Of a DNA stretch of 21,417 nucleotides, positions 16,414-21,417 are shown one piece after another. Each line of letters begins with the position of its first letter. The stretch's first letter is position 1. Made by a program: the position numbers and the translations under genes. A model generated the notes under the pieces. That model was not told the origin of the DNA. It saw only the letters and a program-made list of their open reading frames with translations, and searched no databases. Source of the DNA: Babesia bigemina (lineage: Eukaryota); assembly GCF_000981445.1 (NCBI RefSeq), contig NW_012237237.1, forward strand, positions 62,001-83,417, in the 5' to 3' direction.

Positions 16414-19400
16414 AATAAACAAAAATGTGAAAGACTGTAGAAGTCTTGTAACACATCCTGGTGATAAGGTATCACTCACTAACACAGAACTTGATAAGGA
16501 AAATGTCAAAGGCCTAGCAAAATTGGTGAGTGATTTTGGAAATGAAATAAACGCGAAGCTTACAAATTTGCAAAGCGATCTTGATAAGAAAACTTTTAAG
16601 CGGACTAGTAGTTCTGGTGTCGGTGACGAATACGAGCTTGGCAGGAATCTCATGAACGATTTCAAACAAACTTACGATGACAACTTCACGGATGGTGATT
16701 TCAAAACTGAAAATAAGAAGAGTGTACTCGACGAGGAGATTGGTAAAACGATATTGCCAGGTGGAGCCGACTCCAATAAAGTTGCTGACTTTGCTGAAAA
16801 GAATTTCTCGGAATATATTAAGATCGTTACACAAGACAGTGTAGCCGCCGCGGCGAAAGACCCCAATGCCTTAACAGGCACCCTCCCCGCTGCGATCAAG
16901 AAAATCCGTGACGACGCCTCTGGGTATAACGTTACTGTTACCAAAGAAGATCTCTCAAAATGGTCGGGCGAAATCACATCTAATCTGAACTTTCTAATGT
17001 CCGAGTTCTCTGAGGCTGGCAAGGTCCTAAAGCAGCAGTTGACTAAGCTGAAGACATATATTGGCATGAATCATAATAAAAGCGCAGCTGACGATACGCT
17101 TCAGAAAATTAAGGACAACCTTGATAGCCTGCGAAGAGTCCAGCTGAAAGAGGCCCGCAAGTTCGCAGAGCAGTTTCTCATCTACGCCCAGGAATTAAGT
17201 GTAAAGTATGTCAAACGAATTCAGGAGCACGTAGCTGAGCAAACAACATGCGCTATCACCACGCTAAACACGGATGCCCGCAAACACTACATCTCCACCA
17301 TCCGCGAACTGCTGACCGATTATGCCCAAAAGGTTCAGAGCGAGTTGAGCAAACTGCCTGAAGAGATTGACGACGACCTGAGAAGAGGCTACAAAGGCTT
17401 CGTGAAAAAGATGGAAACGCATCTCCTGCCTGGACTCACCATACCCCCAAACACCCCGCTCAAGGACGCCGCGTCTACCCTCAAGGCCAAGCTCACCGCT
17501 TTCATGGAACAACTGCAACAGCAAGCGGATTTCAAGAAATCGTTCGAGACCGTCAAACCGTCCCACACTGCGCTCCTCGAGTTACTTCAGCAGCTTCACG
17601 ACTCCAAGCACTTCGGCCACCTCGTCCCTCCCAGGGTCAATGCTCTGCTCGATAGGCTCGGTGAGCTGTCGCCTAAGAAATACAAGGAGGAGGCACAACC
17701 CATGCTTGACACGCTGAAGGTAGGGTACGGAGCGTTTGCTGAGGAGCTGTCCAAGGCCTACATCTCCGTCTACGACGGCGCCCGCAACATCAACTGGGAT
17801 CAAGCAAACAACCCGGAGACCACATACTGCGCCAAAATATTCTTGACCGCATTTGCCACAATTCACGATGCTGTGCACGACTTGAGAATAAATTGCAATA
17901 GTCTGAGGGGGCATCAAATTCACTCGTCCTCTGATCTCGGCAGGTTGTTCCTACGGCACGGCTTTAAGGTGTCCGCAGAAAACAAACAGCACTGGGAGCT
18001 GCAAAACAAGGGCGTCATAAACGGTGAATACGTCGCGAACAGACTTAGCTTTAGGGTCGAAGGTGCGAAAGACAACGAGCATCTTAAAAAGTGTGAGTCG
18101 AATGAACGCAAGACGAACGTCTTCTTTAATCTTTTTGATATTCTCAAATGCATCCTGCATCACGTCGATCAGTACAACGCCATATGTCACATCGCTCTCT
18201 TCCCCAAACCTAGAACGCCATGTACCGTTTTCGAAATGCTGGTGTGGCTTTCAGGTCTCACTTACACTTCCGCGTACCAGGCGCTGCTATCAGACGGGTT
18301 CACCAACGTGCTTGATAATCCGGATACGCCGCTTGCTGGCGACGGAGAGATCACCGTCTTTGACATCGAGAAGTCATACCTAGAGGCGCACCCGCAGAAG
18401 ATCACGTATAAGAACATATGCAAGGTACTGGACTACCTTTGTTCGAAATCGTATGATCTGCTCACTACCGTTGTTGGCCACGGCGACGCGGCGACATTCT
18501 ACGCTTGCGACTATTCGAATAACACGCTGAATCTGTACTACCCGAGCTCCGGCGAAGATTGTTTGCAGATGTTGCTTGACTTCCTGCGCAGAATTTTGCA
18601 GCCGCTCAGATATTTGTTTGAACGATGCAGCGTCGCAGACAAGAACTACGGATGGGCCGACTGCCACTACGGTAAGGACGTACCTACAACGAAATCGCAC
18701 TGCAACATCAAGCCAACGGACGAAGCAGCGTGCCTACCAAACTGTCAACCAAACTGCGAACCAAATTGTCAACCAACATCGCCATTGATGAACTACCTCA
18801 GTGACTCTCTACTCGGTTATCTGCCGCACAGATTGGAGTCTGTTGGATGCAAATCTAAATGCTCCACTTGCCCCTCCACTTCTAGGCTGGGAATGCCGTG
18901 CGTCACACCGCTGGGTTTCAGAGCGTTTTCTGGGTCGACCAAAACAGGCCGTCAGCTATGTGAGATGATTCGCGAATTCTTAGGTAGTGGCGTGATTTCA
19001 TCCTTGCTCGGCTTGTCACCAACTCCGCCGAAAACGCTGCCAGAGCATTTCGGTTTCGGGTTAAGCTTGGTTAATAAGTGGGTCAAAGTTGCATCTTATA
19101 TTACTGATGCAGGTATAAAACCAGTATCACAAAGTAAGATTGAAGCATCTATTCAGAAACTCTCCATTAAGCTCTACACTGACACGGGTAAGCTTACCAA
19201 TGTACTTCGTGACGCTTATGGCAACAGTCAGCATGAGCACGAAGGCGTGAATCATCTCGAAGTCTATGCCGATGTATCTAGCCTATGCATGACTAGAAGT
19301 TGCGAGGACAGTTATATGCGCTGCGCTCCATACCTATCCACTTTGTGTTCGGACACGTATCAATATCTTGCTCATAAGAACTTTGCCACGTACCTTACAT

Positions 19401-19978
19401 GGGCTGTCTACCTGCCGTGGGATTTCTGGACTCAACTGAACAACTTGTGTAACGCATTCAAGAACATTTTCTGCCAAGACTGGGGATGTCATACGTGTCT
19501 GCGTGCTGATAAATGTAAGCGTGGACAGCATGGCCTCGTTGAGAAGGTGGACAAAACTACGGAAATCCCGCATTGCAAGTGTCCATCGATGGTTCAGTGC
19601 AAGGGTGTGTCCGCAACACTGTACCAGTTCGGTTTCTGTTTTGGTAACGCGGCGACATTGAATAGTGAGACATCGGCTAAGAAGTGTTCTGATTTCTGCT
19701 CTCAGCTGGACAAAGTATTGAAATCGGAATATTTCAAAAAGCTATTCACGGAATGTGACAACTTCATTTGGACCATTAGAGAACCGTTCACCTATCTAGT
19801 TCTCGCACTTTGGTCGCTGTCCCTCTTCTACCTCATCTGCGTGATGGTTGGCAGACTGGATGTGCTGCATATCAAGTCACACCTGAGGATACCGTCGTCG
19901 CACAAGATAACGGCGCAGTCATTGTTGGCTGCAGCGCAAGTCGGAAGGCTTGCCAAGATATCGTACCTGCAACCGTAA
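16382..19978 (+). CDS. ves1: C-terminal part of VESA1-like gene 3 (frame of ORF 16214-19978)
   Basis: Contains KAYISVYDG, CVTPLGFRAFSG, CQDWGC, the TM segment PFTYLVLALWSLSLFYLICVMV and the tail GRLDVLHIKSHLRIPSSHKITAQSLLAAAQVGRLAKISYLQP. Confidence 0.75.
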   Translation: MREEIQHVAAEINKNVKDCRSLVTHPGDKVSLTNTELDKENVKGLAKLVSDFGNEINAKLTNLQSDLDKKTFKRTSSSGVGDEYELGRNLMNDFKQTYDDNFTDGDFKTENKKSVLDEEIGKTILPGGADSNKVADFAEKNFSEYIKIVTQDSVAAAAKDPNALTGTLPAAIKKIRDDASGYNVTVTKEDLSKWSGEITSNLNFLMSEFSEAGKVLKQQLTKLKTYIGMNHNKSAADDTLQKIKDNLDSLRRVQLKEARKFAEQFLIYAQELSVKYVKRIQEHVAEQTTCAITTLNTDARKHYISTIRELLTDYAQKVQSELSKLPEEIDDDLRRGYKGFVKKMETHLLPGLTIPPNTPLKDAASTLKAKLTAFMEQLQQQADFKKSFETVKPSHTALLELLQQLHDSKHFGHLVPPRVNALLDRLGELSPKKYKEEAQPMLDTLKVGYGAFAEELSKAYISVYDGARNINWDQANNPETTYCAKIFLTAFATIHDAVHDLRINCNSLRGHQIHSSSDLGRLFLRHGFKVSAENKQHWELQNKGVINGEYVANRLSFRVEGAKDNEHLKKCESNERKTNVFFNLFDILKCILHHVDQYNAICHIALFPKPRTPCTVFEMLVWLSGLTYTSAYQALLSDGFTNVLDNPDTPLAGDGEITVFDIEKSYLEAHPQKITYKNICKVLDYLCSKSYDLLTTVVGHGDAATFYACDYSNNTLNLYYPSSGEDCLQMLLDFLRRILQPLRYLFERCSVADKNYGWADCHYGKDVPTTKSHCNIKPTDEAACLPNCQPNCEPNCQPTSPLMNYLSDSLLGYLPHRLESVGCKSKCSTCPSTSRLGMPCVTPLGFRAFSGSTKTGRQLCEMIREFLGSGVISSLLGLSPTPPKTLPEHFGFGLSLVNKWVKVASYITDAGIKPVSQSKIEASIQKLSIKLYTDTGKLTNVLRDAYGNSQHEHEGVNHLEVYADVSSLCMTRSCEDSYMRCAPYLSTLCSDTYQYLAHKNFATYLTWAVYLPWDFWTQLNNLCNAFKNIFCQDWGCHTCLRADKCKRGQHGLVEKVDKTTEIPHCKCPSMVQCKGVSATLYQFGFCFGNAATLNSETSAKKCSDFCSQLDKVLKSEYFKKLFTECDNFIWTIREPFTYLVLALWSLSLFYLICVMVGRLDVLHIKSHLRIPSSHKITAQSLLAAAQVGRLAKISYLQP

Positions 19979-20127
19979 TTGTATTCACATTTGTAATTCA
20001 CATCAACTCACTTACCATAGCTCACCTACTCACCTAACCGACAAACGTAGTCTAATGTCTCGAATTACTCTAGCGCCAACCTGTGAACTAAATAGCGTTG
20101 AAATGAAGTGATGATTGAACGACAATG
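19979..20127 (+). other. 3' flank (putative 3' UTR), class II
   Basis: Does not align with the class I flanks except for the TCACCTACTCACCTA motif, TGTA motifs and a short GTCTAATGT match to the gene 1 flank. Confidence 0.5.
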
Positions 20128-20367
20128 CAAAGTGCTAAGCTGGCAACCAGGCAACGTGGTAAGCTAGCATCCAGGCTAAATGCTAAGCAAGCAACCAGGC
20201 AACGTGTTGACCTAGCACCCAGGCAACGTGTTAACCTAGCACCCAGGCAAAGTGCTGAGCAAGCACAAAGGCAAAGTGTTGACCTAGCACACAGGCAAAG
20301 TGTTGACCTAGCATCCGGGCAACGTGGTAAGCTGGCAACCAGGCAAAGTGCTAACCTAGCAACCAGG
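20128..20367. repeat. Array A-prime: 24-bp tandem repeat, 10 units, consensus CAA(A/C)GTG(C/T/G)T(A/G)A(C/G)CTAGCA(A/C)CCAGG
   Basis: Ten in-phase units start at 20128 with a period of 24. The first half matches the array A 12-mer, and the array sits where array A sits in the other cassettes. Confidence 0.93.
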
Positions 20368-20377
20368 CTAAGTTAGA

Positions 20378-20636
20378 GGTTACTGCAGCGATGACATGGA
20401 CACGGCAGCGATGACATGGTTACTGCAGCGATGACATGGTTACAGCAGCGATGACATGGTTACTGCAGCGATGACATGGACACGGCAGCGATGACATGGT
20501 CTCGGCAGCGATGACATGGTCACGGCAGCGATGACATGGACACGGCAGCGATGACATGGTCACGGCAGCGATGACATGGTCACGGCAGCGATGACATGGA
20601 CACGGCAGCGATGACATGGTCTCGGCAGCGATGACA
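20378..20636. repeat. Array B copy 4: 20-bp repeat, about 13 units
   Basis: Same unit as 1-475. Confidence 0.97.
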
Positions 20637-20660
20637 GTGGTGACCTAAGTGGTGATTATT

Positions 20661-21417
20661 ATCCACTCTACATCGCCCCTTAACCCACTCTACATCGCCC
20701 CTTACCCACTCTACATCGCTCCTTTATCCACCCTTCATCGCTCCCTAATCCACTCTACATCGCTCCTTTATCTACCCTTCATCGCTCCCTAACCCACTCC
20801 ACATCGCCCCTTTATCCACTCTTCATCGCCCCTTTATGCACTCTTCATCGCCCCTTTATCCACTCTACATCGCCCCTTTATCCACTCTACATCGCCTCTT
20901 AACCCACTCTACACCGCTCCCTAACCCACTCTACATCGCTCCCTAACCCACTCTACATCGCTCCCTAACCCACTCTACATCGCTCCTTAACCCACACTAC
21001 ATCGCTCCCTAACCCACTCTACATCGCCCCTTTACCCACTCTACATCGCTCCTTATCCACTCTACATCGCTCCTTTGTCCACTCTACATCGCTCCCTAAC
21101 CCACTCTACATCGCCCCTTTATCCACTCCACATCGCCCCTTTGTCCACTCTACATCGCCCCTTATCCACTCTACATCGCCCCTTTATCCACTCTACATCG
21201 CTCCTTAACCCACTCCACATCGCTCCCTAACCCACTCTACATCGCTCCCTAATCCACTCTACATCGCTCCTTAACCCACTCTACATCTCCCCTTATCCAC
21301 TCCACATCGCCCCTTTCCCCAGTCTACATCGCCCCTTAACCCACTCTACATCTTTCCTTATCCACTCCACATCGCCCCTTTATCCACTCTACATCGCCCC
21401 TTTATCCACTCTACATC
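20661..21417. repeat. Array C copy 4: ~22-bp C-rich repeat, at least 34 units, truncated by the window end
   Basis: Same unit as 496-770. Confidence 0.97.

Larger units (their letters stand above)
14413..19978 (+). pseudogene. ves1: VESA1-like gene 3, split by a +1 frameshift (pseudogene, phase variant or homopolymer sequencing error); 1854 aa if repaired
   Basis: ORF 14413-16413 carries the N-terminal family motifs and ORF 16214-19978 carries the C-terminal ones. Removing one A from the A7 run at 16376-16382 gives ...MHKIKEKIREEIQHVAAE... in one frame. Confidence 0.65.

Noticed and set aside
941..19573. Many short antisense and alternate-frame ORFs inside the three genes (e.g. 2216-2824, 2608-3153, 3771-4079, 5738-6226, 10854-11291)
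   Set aside because: They are shadow ORFs of long coding regions, are not conserved between paralogues and show no recognisable motifs.
20125..20376. 83-aa basic repeat ORF spanning the 24-bp array
   Set aside because: It has an ATG and a stop, but reads the shared 12-bp core in a different frame from the array A ORFs and has no other support. It cannot be fully excluded without Ribo-seq.
20420..20617. Minus-strand MSSLPCPCHRCRDH repeat ORF
   Set aside because: It is a translation of the 20-bp array cycling through frames, with no independent coding evidence.

Overview
This window is eukaryotic, most likely from a piroplasm (Babesia, bigemina/ovata-like). It holds a head-to-tail array of three ~5.5-kb ves1-like genes (variant erythrocyte surface antigen, VESA1 family) on the + strand, at 800-6364, 7982-13443 and 14413-19978. 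All three share a GYxGxGIVYSDLDRLCDxVMGFL block, a long variable helical/coiled-coil-like middle, a Cys-rich C-terminal half, one transmembrane helix and an RLDxLHIKSHL...YLQP tail. Gene 1 is an intact ORF. In gene 2 the homologous ATG is out of frame, which is fixed either by a 7-nt microhomology deletion or by a 38-nt intron. Gene 3 has a +1 frameshift, most simply in an A7 run. The intergenic regions are almost entirely one ordered repeat cassette, seen four times (two complete, two cut by the window edges): stop, ~125-150 nt 3' flank, array A (12-bp unit, or a 24-bp derivative), array B (20 bp), a fixed junction, array C (~22 bp, C-rich), an exactly 29-nt leader, then ATGACC. The B unit is roughly complementary to the A core in one half and to the C core in the other. 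This cassette is the best candidate for an undescribed regulatory or recombination system. Family and taxon calls come from motif recognition, not from a database search.
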